The position numbers and the translations under genes were made by a program. Shown piece by piece: positions 26,281 through 36,431 of a stretch of 62,881 bases of DNA. The stretch's first letter is position 1. Every line of letters begins with the position of its first letter. This stretch comes from Candidatus Omnitrophota bacterium. Lineage in GTDB: Bacteria > Omnitrophota > Gorgyraeia > JABMRG01. A model generated the notes under the pieces. It had not been told where the DNA came from, searched no databases, and worked only from the letters and a program-made list of their open reading frames with translations. The DNA lies in assembly GCA_041650035.1 (NCBI GenBank), contig JBAZLY010000004.1, positions 1-62,881 on the forward strand. Direction: 5' to 3'.

Positions 26281-26958
26281 ATGCTGATTTTTTTAATCGT
26301 TGCGGTCCTTGTTTGCCTCATTTTCATACTGATCAGTATAATTTTTGATAATGAGATTAGGGCTGTCTTCGACAGGGATCCGGCAGCAGCCGGGCGTATT
26401 GAGGTTGTCTTTACATATGCCGGACTGCATGCTATTGTATTATTCAGGATCGCGCATTTTTTTTACGGTCTTAAGATGCCGTTACTGCCCAGGCTTATAT
26501 CGCAGACAGGCCGTTTTTTGACGGGCATAGAGATACACCCGTCTGCCATAATAGGTAAAGGTTTATTTATCGATCATGGTATGGGTGTCGTGATAGGCCA
26601 GACTGCTGTTATAAGGGACAATGTGACCATATTCCAGGGCGTTACACTCGGAGGCACAGGCAAGGAAAAAGGCAAGCGTCACCCTAATATAGAGGACAAT
26701 GTCGTCATCGGTGCCGGGGCAAAGGTATTGGGTAATATAACTATAGGGGCCAATTCCTATATAGGAGCTAATGCTGTTGTTATCAGGGATGTGCCTGAAA
26801 ATTCAACTATAGTGGGTGTCCCGGGCAGGGTCACGAAACAGGCCGGCAAGCGTATAGATATATCACTTGACCATGTCCACGTATTAGACCCGATAAAACA
26901 ATCAATGGAATTGCTTGAGAAAAGGCTAACCGATCTTGAAAAAAATGAAGATATATAA
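26281..26958 (+). CDS. cysE: serine O-acetyltransferase (short form) with hydrophobic N-terminal extension
   Basis: [26 protein letters not shown], and the hexapeptide repeat [12 protein letters not shown]. Strong RBS (AGGAGG) before the ATG at 26281. Confidence 0.9.
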   Translation: MLIFLIVAVLVCLIFILISIIFDNEIRAVFDRDPAAAGRIEVVFTYAGLHAIVLFRIAHFFYGLKMPLLPRLISQTGRFLTGIEIHPSAIIGKGLFIDHGMGVVIGQTAVIRDNVTIFQGVTLGGTGKEKGKRHPNIEDNVVIGAGAKVLGNITIGANSYIGANAVVIRDVPENSTIVGVPGRVTKQAGKRIDISLDHVHVLDPIKQSMELLEKRLTDLEKNEDI

Positions 26959-28354
26959 CACTCTTACCAGGTCAAAAGAAGAATTTATTCCCCTTAACGG
27001 CAATGAGGTCAACATGTATACCTGCGGGGTCACTGTTTATGATTCCTGCCATATTGGCCACGCGCGAAGCCTTTATGTCTTTGATATTATCAGGCGCTAT
27101 CTCGAATACAAGGGTTACAAGGTTAATTTTGTAAGGAATATAACCGATATAGATGATAAGATCATCAGCCGTTCTGTCGAGCTTGGCGTGAATTGGAGGT
27201 CGCTTGTTGAAAAATATATAGCCTCTTATAACCAGGATCTTGCCTCCATGGGTATACGCCGCGGTATGCTCGATGCTGATTCCGAAGAGCCGAGGGCGAC
27301 AAAGAATATCCCGGATATCGTGGAATATATCAAGACGCTTATCGCTAAAGGCTATGCCTATCAATCCGGCGGTGATGTGTATTTTGAAGTAAAAAAAGCC
27401 GAAGGTTACGGTAAACTCTCAAGGCAGAATACCCAGAATATGAGAGACGGTGTAAGGATCGAGCCCGGAGAGAAAAAAAGGGACAGCCTTGATTTTGCTT
27501 TATGGAAAGACTCCAAGGAAGGCGAACCGTCTTGGCCCAGCCCGTGGGGTAATGGGCGCCCCGGATGGCACATAGAGTGTTCGGTGATGAGTCAAAAATT
27601 CTTAAACACCCATACTCTCGATATACATGCCGGCGGAGGAGACCTCGTATTCCCCCATCACGAAAATGAGATAGCCCAGTCCGAGGCATGCACGGGCCGG
27701 CCATTCGCTAAATATTGGATACACCATGGCCTTCTCACGATAGAAGGCCGTAAGATGTCAAAGTCATTGGGTAATTTTATAACGATCCAGGACGTGCTGC
27801 GAAGATATTCCCCGGACTTAATAAGGCTGTTATTTTTACAGGCGCATTATTCGAGTCCTGTTGATTTTTCCGATGAAAAGATACGCCAGGTCGGTGCCGC
27901 TCTTGAAAGGTTTGGCGTGTTTTTTGCAAAGGCCGATAACGAGCCGGAAGATGCCGTTAAAGAGACGCTGGATGACGCGGTTAGATCGGATATAGATGCG
28001 CTCAAGGATGGTTTTATAGCGGCAATGGACGATGACTTTAATTCCCCGCAGGCCCTTGGGAAGTTGTTTGAGATCATGACACTGTCTAATTCCCAGTCCG
28101 TTAGGGGGCGCAGATGTCTTGCGTATGCCGCCAGCGCCATCAGAGAACTTGCCGCTATTTTTAATCTTGCGTTCAAGGATAGTCCCAGGATTGCCGCGGG
28201 TTTAGAGGCGTATGTAGAGGCTATGATAGAGAGGAGAAATGCCTGCAGGGTCAAAGGGGATTTCCGGACAGCCGACGCTATCAGGGATGAACTTAGAGTT
28301 AAAGGTATTATTATCGAGGATAGTAAAGGGGCGACATCATGGCGAAGGCAATAA
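26945..28354 (+). CDS. cysS: cysteine--tRNA ligase
   Basis: MKIYNTLTR start, HIGHARS and KMSKS motifs. Confidence 0.95.
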   Translation: MKIYNTLTRSKEEFIPLNGNEVNMYTCGVTVYDSCHIGHARSLYVFDIIRRYLEYKGYKVNFVRNITDIDDKIISRSVELGVNWRSLVEKYIASYNQDLASMGIRRGMLDADSEEPRATKNIPDIVEYIKTLIAKGYAYQSGGDVYFEVKKAEGYGKLSRQNTQNMRDGVRIEPGEKKRDSLDFALWKDSKEGEPSWPSPWGNGRPGWHIECSVMSQKFLNTHTLDIHAGGGDLVFPHHENEIAQSEACTGRPFAKYWIHHGLLTIEGRKMSKSLGNFITIQDVLRRYSPDLIRLLFLQAHYSSPVDFSDEKIRQVGAALERFGVFFAKADNEPEDAVKETLDDAVRSDIDALKDGFIAAMDDDFNSPQALGKLFEIMTLSNSQSVRGRRCLAYAASAIRELAAIFNLAFKDSPRIAAGLEAYVEAMIERRNACRVKGDFRTADAIRDELRVKGIIIEDSKGATSWRRQ

Positions 28355-28995
28355 ATGGGGGCCTATTAATAACGTTGGAAGGTCCTGAAGGAAGCGGTAA
28401 AAGTACCCAGTCGAAGCTATTGAAAGGGTTTTTACGGCGCCGGGGATATAAGGTCTTGCGTGTATGGGATCCCGGCAGTACTGTATTGGGTGAGTCTATC
28501 CGGGGCATGCTCCTGCATTTTCGAGGAAATATCTCCGCCCGCGCGGAAACAATGCTATATCTGGCATCCAGGGCCCAGCTGGTTGATGAAAAGATCATAC
28601 CCGCCATGGACAAGGGGTTTATTGTCATATGCGATAGATTTACCGATGCCACCTTATGTTACCAGGGCTATGGGCTTGGCATTGATAAGCCTCTAATACG
28701 CGTATGCAACCGTTTTGTGACAAGGCCGGTCACTGTCGATATCGCGATATTTCTGGATACCGATGTGTGCGAGGGTCTGAAGCGGTCAAGGCAGACAAAG
28801 GGTTTTTCCGACAGGATCGAGAAAAGAGGCCGCGATTTTCATAACAGGGTTAGGATGGGGTATCTCGAGATAGCAAAAAAATTCCCAAAACGGGTTAAAA
28901 CCATATCCGTGGACGCGAAAGAGCCACGGGCTACTCACGCTATCGTAAAGGAATTGGTTTTAGATGTCATTAAAAGACGTAAGAGGACAAGATAA
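28339..28995 (+). CDS. tmk: dTMP (thymidylate) kinase
   Basis: P-loop LEGPEGSGKST and DRF.DAT..YQG. Confidence 0.95.
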   Translation: MAKAINGGLLITLEGPEGSGKSTQSKLLKGFLRRRGYKVLRVWDPGSTVLGESIRGMLLHFRGNISARAETMLYLASRAQLVDEKIIPAMDKGFIVICDRFTDATLCYQGYGLGIDKPLIRVCNRFVTRPVTVDIAIFLDTDVCEGLKRSRQTKGFSDRIEKRGRDFHNRVRMGYLEIAKKFPKRVKTISVDAKEPRATHAIVKELVLDVIKRRKRTR

Positions 28996-29929
28996 GGCCG
29001 TTGATTGCATCTTGAAGGGTGTGGCCATGGGTAAGATGCCGCACGCGTATTTGTTTTTAGGCCCAGGCGGTGTTGGCAGGCATAAAACTGCCATGGAGTT
29101 GGCAAGGCTTCTGAATTGCGCTAAAGCGGCGGGTGACAGCTGCGACAAATGCCAGTCTTGTATTATGATTGAAAAAAGATCGCATCCCGATGTGTTTTTT
29201 ATTGAGAAGGAAGAAGGAAAGAAGAGTATATCCATAGAAGCTATAAGAGGCCTTCAGATAAAATTTTCCTTTAAGCCTTTGCAAAGCGGGTTTAATATCG
29301 CTATTATCGACGGTCAGGATATGACCGACGAGGCGTCTAATTCCCTTTTAAAGATGTTGGAAGAACCCTGCCCTAATACGGTGTTTATCCTTATTGCCGC
29401 TACCCAGAAGGCATTACTGCATACGGTTGCGTCGCGTTGTCAGATAATACGGTTCAGGCCTTTGTCTAAGACGCAGGCAATGAACATACTGATGAAGGAT
29501 TTTGCCGCGGATGAAAAAGAGGCGATGTTGCTTTCATCATTATCAGGCGCCAATGTTAAAAAGGCGCTTTTGCTGAAAAGTGAAGGCGCGATATCATGGA
29601 AAAACGCTGTTATAGACAATTTTTTCACGCGAACCGGTCTTGAGATAGATGAGGATATCTTCTCCGCGAACCGTGCCTTTAGTAATGAGAATATCTGTGA
29701 TGTTTTGACGTTTTTCTGCAGGGATGTGCTTGTGCGCAGATACATCAAGGACGATAGCTTGCTGATAAACGTTGACAGGGTATCCGATATAGAGGCATAT
29801 TCAAAGGACCCGGGCGGTTTAAAGGCGCAGGCAGGGATGGACTACATAAATGAGGCGAGGAATGCCTTTCGTTTTAACGCGAATGCGAAACTTACCCTTA
29901 GCCTGCTTAAGGAGAGGCTGACGCGGTAA
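28964..29929 (+). CDS. holB: DNA polymerase III subunit delta'
   Basis: HAYLF.GP.GVG, zinc module C..C..C, and SRCQ..RF. Confidence 0.85.
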   Translation: MSLKDVRGQDKAVDCILKGVAMGKMPHAYLFLGPGGVGRHKTAMELARLLNCAKAAGDSCDKCQSCIMIEKRSHPDVFFIEKEEGKKSISIEAIRGLQIKFSFKPLQSGFNIAIIDGQDMTDEASNSLLKMLEEPCPNTVFILIAATQKALLHTVASRCQIIRFRPLSKTQAMNILMKDFAADEKEAMLLSSLSGANVKKALLLKSEGAISWKNAVIDNFFTRTGLEIDEDIFSANRAFSNENICDVLTFFCRDVLVRRYIKDDSLLINVDRVSDIEAYSKDPGGLKAQAGMDYINEARNAFRFNANAKLTLSLLKERLTR

Positions 29930-30016
29930 CTGCCGTTTCGCCGAGGGTAAGAGCGGTTTTTATAATGGTATAGTCAGTTAAAATAAGACCCGGGTTTTAA
30001 GGGCAGGGGCATAGAG

Positions 30017-30814
30017 ATGTTAAAGGTAGTTGAGGTAAAACAGAGAGGTTCGGGCGGTACGGCGCATTATATAGCAGGAGATTTTAAACTGTCGGCAGGT
30101 GATTATGTGATAGTTGAATCCGACAGAGGCCTTGATTATGGCGAGGTTTCCTCCTGTGAGGAGATATCACTTGATAGGGCTGTTTCCCAAAAAGGCCAAA
30201 AAAGGGTTGTGCGCGTCGCAAACGGAGCCGATATGGACAGGATAGAGCGTAACCGTAAGACGGCCAAAGAGGCGATTAAGACATGCGACAAAAAAATAGC
30301 CGAACGTAATCTTAGTATGAAGCTTATCAATGCCGAGCTCTCTTTTGATTGCAGTAAGATGATATTTTATTTTAGCGCTGAAGAAAGGGTTGATTTCAGG
30401 GAGCTTGTAAAGGATTTGGCCAAGATATTTAAGGCGCGTATCGAGCTCAAACAGGTCGGTGTCCGTGATGAGGCTAAGATGTTCGGAGGTTTTGGACAAT
30501 GCGGCAGGGAGCTGTGCTTCGCGAGGTTTTTGCGTGACTTTGAGCCTGTTACGATAAAAATGGCCAAAGACCAGAACCTGCCTCTTAACCCAGCGAAGAT
30601 ATCAGGCGTTTGCGGCAGGCTTATGTGCTGCCTGTCTTATGAACACAAATGCTATAAAGAATCGGCCAAGGGCCTGCCGAAGTTAAGCCAGCGTGTCAAG
30701 ACCGCTGATGGTTCCGGCAAGGTAATAGACGTGAATTATCTAAAGCGTGTTGCCGTAATAGAGCTTGAAGACGGCCGGCATATTAAAATCGATTATAATA
30801 GGGAGCAGAGATAG
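30017..30814 (+). CDS. ricT: PSP1 domain protein (YaaT/RicT-like)
   Basis: PSP1 C-terminal domain with the conserved Cys cluster (CGRLMCCLSYE). Follows holB, as in Bacillus. Confidence 0.85.
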   Translation: MLKVVEVKQRGSGGTAHYIAGDFKLSAGDYVIVESDRGLDYGEVSSCEEISLDRAVSQKGQKRVVRVANGADMDRIERNRKTAKEAIKTCDKKIAERNLSMKLINAELSFDCSKMIFYFSAEERVDFRELVKDLAKIFKARIELKQVGVRDEAKMFGGFGQCGRELCFARFLRDFEPVTIKMAKDQNLPLNPAKISGVCGRLMCCLSYEHKCYKESAKGLPKLSQRVKTADGSGKVIDVNYLKRVAVIELEDGRHIKIDYNREQR

Positions 30815-30837
30815 GTCAGAGGCTATACGAGGCGTTT

Positions 30838-32367
30838 ATGACAAAAAAGGTTTTTTATATAACGACACCCCTGTATTATGTTAATGCCCGGCCCCATGTC
30901 GGGCATTCCTACACCCAGGTCGTTTGCGATTGTATCGCGAGGCACCAGAGGCTTAAGGGTATGAATGTATTTTTTTTGACAGGCACCGATGAGCATGGGC
31001 AGAAGGTTGCTGACTGCGCGCAAAAGGCCTGTTTAGATGAGAAGGAATTTGTAGATGGTATTGTGCCGGTGTTTAAGGAATTGTGGCATGACCTTGACAT
31101 CTCCTATGATGACTTTATAAGGACCACGCAATCGCGTCATATACACGCGGTGATAAAGGCATTGGAGATACTTTATGAAAAGGGCGATATATACGAAGGC
31201 GAATATAAGGGGTATTACTGTGTTGCCTGTGAGACATTCTGGCCCAAAATCCAGCTTCGGGACGGAGTGTGCCCTGAATGCGGAAAGGCCGTTGAGCCTA
31301 TACATGAGAAAAATTATTTCTTTAAATTATCCGCGTATCAGCAATGGCTGATTGATTATATACGCCTGAACCCCTCCTTCATTAAGCCTGATTTTAGGCT
31401 GAACGAGGTCATGGGTTACCTCAAGCAGCCTTTAAACGATCTTTGCATATCGAGGCCAAGAGAGCGTTTGAGCTGGGGCATCCCTCTGCCATTTGCGCCG
31501 GGCCATGTCGTTTATGTGTGGTTTGACGCCCTTATGAATTATATTAGCGCTTGCGGGTGGGCGGCGGACTCTGCCAGGTTTGAAACCATATGGCCGGCAG
31601 ATATCCATTTAATGGGCAAGGATATATTGCGCCCGCACGCGATTTATTGGCCAATCATGCTGCACGCCCTTGGCATAGGTCTGCCAAAGACCATATTCGC
31701 CCACGGATGGTGGCTTACGGGCGGGGAGAAGATGTCAAAATCGAGAGGCAATACCATAGACCCGTTCTATCTTATAAATAAATACGGTAAAGATGCCTAT
31801 AGATATTTTATGCTCCGTGAAATGACCCCGGGCCTTGACGGAACATTAAGTGAAGAGGCCTTTATAACGCGCTTTAACAGCGACCTTGCCAATGATATAG
31901 GTAATCTCTTAAACAGGACATTGACAATGGTTGAGAAATATTTCAATTCTATTATCCCGGCAAGAGGTATCTCCGATAATGACGGCCTTATTATAGAGTC
32001 AAGGCTTGGTTCGCTTGTGGATGATGTTGACGCCTTTTTTGCCCAATTCAAGTTTAATCAGGCCCTTATGACGATATGGGAAACGATAAATGCTGCAAAT
32101 AAATATATCGAGGTTTCAAAACCATGGGTAATGGCTAAATCCGGTAATAAGGAAAATCTCCAATCGGTGATATGCATATTGCTTAAGGTGCTTGAATATT
32201 GTGTTTTCTTGTTATATCCTTTCATGCCGCAGGCATCTCTTCAGATGGCGGCGCAATTGGGTATGGGGTTGGATGAAAGGGCGATGAACATAAACGACGC
32301 GGGTTGTATATTAAAACCCGGCATGAAGGTCAATAAATCCGATCCTATATTCCCTAGAATACAGTAA
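30838..32367 (+). CDS. metG: methionine--tRNA ligase (short form)
   Basis: YYVNARPHVGH, zinc knuckle C..C...C..C, and KMSKSRGN. Confidence 0.95.
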   Translation: MTKKVFYITTPLYYVNARPHVGHSYTQVVCDCIARHQRLKGMNVFFLTGTDEHGQKVADCAQKACLDEKEFVDGIVPVFKELWHDLDISYDDFIRTTQSRHIHAVIKALEILYEKGDIYEGEYKGYYCVACETFWPKIQLRDGVCPECGKAVEPIHEKNYFFKLSAYQQWLIDYIRLNPSFIKPDFRLNEVMGYLKQPLNDLCISRPRERLSWGIPLPFAPGHVVYVWFDALMNYISACGWAADSARFETIWPADIHLMGKDILRPHAIYWPIMLHALGIGLPKTIFAHGWWLTGGEKMSKSRGNTIDPFYLINKYGKDAYRYFMLREMTPGLDGTLSEEAFITRFNSDLANDIGNLLNRTLTMVEKYFNSIIPARGISDNDGLIIESRLGSLVDDVDAFFAQFKFNQALMTIWETINAANKYIEVSKPWVMAKSGNKENLQSVICILLKVLEYCVFLLYPFMPQASLQMAAQLGMGLDERAMNINDAGCILKPGMKVNKSDPIFPRIQ

Positions 32368-32464
32368 GCGGTTTTAACAGCTAATTTTTATATTTAAGCA
32401 GGTTATACCGCGTATTCCATGAATGATGCGGGTTGCCCTTAATAGGGGCCATTGCGAGGTTCAT

Positions 32465-33259
32465 ATGGTAGAGACACACGCGCACCTAGATTTTCCCCAA
32501 TATGACGATGACAGGGGAGTGGTTATACAAAGGGCGAGAGACTGCGGGATCAAGAAGATCATTAATGTCGCTTCAAATGTTGAGGGCAGTATTTCTTCCA
32601 CGGCTCTTGCGAAGGCCTATGAGATGGTATATGCGGCCTGCGGCGTGCACCCCCATGAAGCCAGCGGCGTAAATGACGCGGTTATTGAGAGTATAGGTAG
32701 GCTTGCCGCGTCAACCGATAAGGTTGTCGCTATAGGCGAGGTCGGTATAGATTTATACAGAAATCTTTCACCTGCCGACCTGCAATACAATGCCCTAACA
32801 GGTTTTTTAAGATTAAGCAGACGGCTCGGCCTTCCTGTCATTTTTCATTGCAGGCAGGAGTCGCTTGAAAAGCATGATGCCTTTGATATGCTGTTTAAAG
32901 CGATGGAGGAGGCGCTTGATAAACCTTATAAAGGGGTAATACATTGTTTCTCCGGTGACAGGTCCGCGCTTTTTAAAAGTCTGGATTCAGGGCTATACAT
33001 TTCCTATACATGCAATATCACGTATAAGAATGCTGGTCCTCTAAGGGATGTCCTTAAGCTTACTCCTGTTGAAAGGCTGCTGCTTGAAACAGATTCGCCT
33101 TTCTTAAGCCCTCAAGGCAGGCGGGGTTTGAGGAATGAACCCTCATATATAAGGAATCTGTTCAAGTCGGTTTCAGAGATTACCGGTCTGCCTGAAGCCG
33201 TGATAGAGGAACAGACCGATAAAAATGCCGATGACCTTTTTTTTAATCGTAAACGATAA
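32465..33259 (+). CDS. tatD: TatD family metal-dependent hydrolase
   Basis: ETHAHLDF, GE.G.D, HCF.G, ETDSPFL. The ATG at 32465 has SD GAGG. Confidence 0.9.
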   Translation: MVETHAHLDFPQYDDDRGVVIQRARDCGIKKIINVASNVEGSISSTALAKAYEMVYAACGVHPHEASGVNDAVIESIGRLAASTDKVVAIGEVGIDLYRNLSPADLQYNALTGFLRLSRRLGLPVIFHCRQESLEKHDAFDMLFKAMEEALDKPYKGVIHCFSGDRSALFKSLDSGLYISYTCNITYKNAGPLRDVLKLTPVERLLLETDSPFLSPQGRRGLRNEPSYIRNLFKSVSEITGLPEAVIEEQTDKNADDLFFNRKR

Positions 33260-33271
33260 TTTGTTGTTAAC

Positions 33272-34315
33272 ATGGTTGATATATTAATGGGGTATGACAC
33301 GATAACATATGAAAACGGCAGGCTTATGGTAATAAACCAGAGGCTGCTTCCGGGCAAAAAGGAGAAATTAGTCCCGCGGGACGCGCGGGACATCTATTCT
33401 TATATAAAGACCCTGGTTGTCAGAGGGGCTCCAGCTATCGGGGTATTCGCAGCTTACGGAATATTGCTTGGGGCCAGGCAGATAAAGGCCCGCGACAAGA
33501 AGACCTTTTTGGCCTCGCTTGGTACGCTTGCCGATTATCTCAAGCAGAGCAGGCCGACGGCTGTCAATCTCTCGTGGGCGTTAGACAGGATGCTGCTGGC
33601 CGCGCAAAATACTACAGGCAATACCATACCCGCGATAATTAAGGCCTTGCGCCTGGAGGCGTTGGCTATCCACGAACAGGACAGGTTGATGTGCCGGGCC
33701 ATAGGAGACAATGGCGCCTCGCTTATTAAAAAAAATGATACGATATTAACGCATTGCAACGCCGGTTTCTTGGCAACAGGCGGTATGGGCACAGCGCTGG
33801 CGGTTATTTATAGGGCAAAAGAACAAGGCAAGGGGGTCAAGGTATATGCTACCGAGACAAGGCCTTTATTGCAAGGCGCGCGCCTTACGGCATGGGAATT
33901 GCGTAATAGGGGTGTGGATATAACCCTTATCTGTGATAATATGGCTGCTGTCGTCATGAAGCAGAAAGGCGTAAACAAAGTTATTGTAGGCGCTGACAGG
34001 ATCGCTCGAAATGGTGACACGGCCAATAAGATAGGCACATACGCCTTGTCTGTTTTAGCTAAGGCACATAATATACCCTTTTTGATAGCCGCGCCAAGTT
34101 CAACAATAGATCTCTCCATAAAGGATGGTGGTAGCATACCGATAGAACAGCGTCCGGGTGAGGAGATTACTAATATAGCGGGAGTGCGTGTCGCGCCATA
34201 CGGGGTCAAGACTTTTAACCCTGCCTTTGATGTCACCCCCTCAAACCATATCAGCGCGATCATAACGGAAAAAGGGGTAATGAGAAGGCCTTATGGCAGG
34301 AACCTGCGCGTATGA
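33272..34315 (+). CDS. mtnA: S-methyl-5-thioribose-1-phosphate isomerase (eIF-2B alpha/beta/delta family)
   Basis: RGAPAIGV, THCNAG.LAT, VGADRIA.NGDTANKIGTY. Confidence 0.85.
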   Translation: MVDILMGYDTITYENGRLMVINQRLLPGKKEKLVPRDARDIYSYIKTLVVRGAPAIGVFAAYGILLGARQIKARDKKTFLASLGTLADYLKQSRPTAVNLSWALDRMLLAAQNTTGNTIPAIIKALRLEALAIHEQDRLMCRAIGDNGASLIKKNDTILTHCNAGFLATGGMGTALAVIYRAKEQGKGVKVYATETRPLLQGARLTAWELRNRGVDITLICDNMAAVVMKQKGVNKVIVGADRIARNGDTANKIGTYALSVLAKAHNIPFLIAAPSSTIDLSIKDGGSIPIEQRPGEEITNIAGVRVAPYGVKTFNPAFDVTPSNHISAIITEKGVMRRPYGRNLRV

Positions 34316-35199
34316 GCAGGCCCGTATCAAAGATAGGTGAATTTAGCCTCATTAATGCTATCGCTAAGCAGATAAAGACAGGCGCCTCGGTCTTACGCGG
34401 TATAGGGGATGATTGCGCCGTGCTAAGGTATAAGGCTGGTAAGCATCTGCTCTTTACCACCGATATGATCATAGAGGGCGTGCATTTTAAGACAGCTAAA
34501 GCGGACCCTATAGCCATAGGGCATAAGGCATTGGCTGTCAACATCAGTGATATTGCTTCATGCGGAGGTGTTCCAAAATGGGCGGTTGTTGCCCTGGGTC
34601 TGCCGCCTGCCGTCAAAGGTTCTTTTGTTCGCGGTATTTATAAAGGCATATGCCGTTTGGCCGGGCAATTTAATATTGATATAGTAGGCGGTGATATGAA
34701 TCGCTGTCCGAAGATAACAATATCAATAGCACTTTTAGGAGAGGTTGCTTCAGATGAGCTTGTCACGCGCGGCGGGGCAAGAGATGGGGACTTATTGGTG
34801 CTTACAGGCCCCTTGAGTGCAAGACCCGATCACCTTTGTTTTTTGCCTAAGATAAGAGAGTCGCGTTTTATTGTGAAGAATCTAATGCCTACCGCGATGA
34901 TTGATGTCTCGGACGGGCTTTTGTCGGATCTGGCCCATATATTGAAAATGAGCGGGAAGAAGGCTGTTTTGTATGAGAAATCAATACCTCTTGCGGGGCG
35001 TGTCGGGTATGTTGATAGGGTCTTAAAGACAGGCGAACAGTTTCAGTTGATGTTTACAATGCCAAGGCGTAAGGCGCGGCACTGCCCTGACAATTTTTTT
35101 ATTATAGGGCATATAGCCAAAGGAAAGCCCTCTATTACCATAATCGGGTCTTCCGGCCGCCGGCGTAGGCTTTCGCCTGGCGGTTATGCTCATTTTTAA
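34312..35199 (+). CDS. thiL: thiamine-monophosphate kinase
   Basis: GEFSLI, GIGDDCAVL, and AIR-synthase-like domains. Confidence 0.9.
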   Translation: MSRPVSKIGEFSLINAIAKQIKTGASVLRGIGDDCAVLRYKAGKHLLFTTDMIIEGVHFKTAKADPIAIGHKALAVNISDIASCGGVPKWAVVALGLPPAVKGSFVRGIYKGICRLAGQFNIDIVGGDMNRCPKITISIALLGEVASDELVTRGGARDGDLLVLTGPLSARPDHLCFLPKIRESRFIVKNLMPTAMIDVSDGLLSDLAHILKMSGKKAVLYEKSIPLAGRVGYVDRVLKTGEQFQLMFTMPRRKARHCPDNFFIIGHIAKGKPSITIIGSSGRRRRLSPGGYAHF

Positions 35200-35274
35200 G
35201 CCATATGTCCAGATCCCGCGTTAATTGTTGTTTATCCCGGCGCGTGGCGGGTTTAGAATGGCCGGAATCTTTTT

Positions 35275-35739
35275 ATGAAAAAGAAAATTATTTCAAAAAG
35301 CCCGGATGACACGATACGACTCGGGTGTCTGCTGGCGCGATTTTTGCAGGCCGGGGACAACATTATATTGGATGGGGACCTGGGCTCGGGCAAGACACTG
35401 TTTACCAAGGGTATCGCCGCTGGATTGAAGATACCGAACCCCGAATATGTGAATTCTCCGTCCTTTACGCTTATTAAAGAGTACAAGGGGCCTGTCAATC
35501 TTTATCATTTAGATCTCTATCGTCTTGACAGGCTTGAGGATATTGAATATATCGGAGTAAAAGAGTATCTTAACGGTGATGGTGTTGTCGTTATTGAATG
35601 GGCCCGGCGCATGGGGGCATTGCTGCCTGTCGAATATCTTGGTATCAGGATAGATATAACCGGACCTTGCGGCAGGGATTTTTTATTTGAAGGCAAAGGG
35701 CGAAGATATGATCATATTATCAGCAGATACTTCAGGTGA
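35275..35739 (+). CDS. tsaE: tRNA threonylcarbamoyladenosine biosynthesis ATPase TsaE
   Basis: LDGDLGSGKTLFTKGI, SPSFTL...Y, HLDLYRL. Confidence 0.9.
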   Translation: MKKKIISKSPDDTIRLGCLLARFLQAGDNIILDGDLGSGKTLFTKGIAAGLKIPNPEYVNSPSFTLIKEYKGPVNLYHLDLYRLDRLEDIEYIGVKEYLNGDGVVVIEWARRMGALLPVEYLGIRIDITGPCGRDFLFEGKGRRYDHIISRYFR

Positions 35740-36421
35740 CAGGTTCGGTTTGGCGCTGTGCGAGGATGGCAGTATTTTAGAGAGCTTCAGGTCAGGGACT
35801 GCCAACGCGCATTCTGTTGATATGCTGCCGGAGATAGAGAGGCTTTTAGCCTCTGGGGGTTTTCGGCCTAAAGATATTGGGCTTTTTTGCGTTGGACTTG
35901 GCCCGGGTTCTTTTACGGGCCTTCGTATAGGGATTACGATGATGAGGGCCATGGCATTTGCCTTAAAAAAACCCATAGCGGGCGTGCCGAGTATTGACGC
36001 CATCGCACATAACGCGGTAGTATCAAACCCGCTTGTATGCGTTATAAAGGATGCGAGGCAGTCAAAAGTGTACGCGAGATTTTACAAGGCTAAGTCCGGC
36101 AAGGCCATTTCTTTGGGCAGGATAATGCTATTGGATATGGATAATCTGCTTTCGCTTGTTAAAGGCAGGATGTATTTTATAGGAGACGCTATAGATATCT
36201 ACAAGGAGACTATTATGAGGGCGGGTTTTACAGGAAAGGATTTAGCGCCGCGGGAGACGTGGCAGCCAGACCCGGGCATAATTGCCATGCTTGGCCGTGA
36301 TAAGGCCAGTGCAGGCTTAAAGGATAATGTGTTTGGTTTGACGCCTTTATACATATATCCGAAAGAATGCCAGATCAGGAGACAGCCGCCTCGAAGAGGG
36401 TTAAAGGTCATGGTCTTTTAG
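35708..36421 (+). CDS. tsaB: tRNA threonylcarbamoyladenosine biosynthesis protein TsaB
   Basis: ILSADTSGD, GPGSFTGLRIG. Directly follows tsaE. Confidence 0.85.
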   Translation: MIILSADTSGDRFGLALCEDGSILESFRSGTANAHSVDMLPEIERLLASGGFRPKDIGLFCVGLGPGSFTGLRIGITMMRAMAFALKKPIAGVPSIDAIAHNAVVSNPLVCVIKDARQSKVYARFYKAKSGKAISLGRIMLLDMDNLLSLVKGRMYFIGDAIDIYKETIMRAGFTGKDLAPRETWQPDPGIIAMLGRDKASAGLKDNVFGLTPLYIYPKECQIRRQPPRRGLKVMVF

Positions 36422-36431
36422 GGAAAATATA

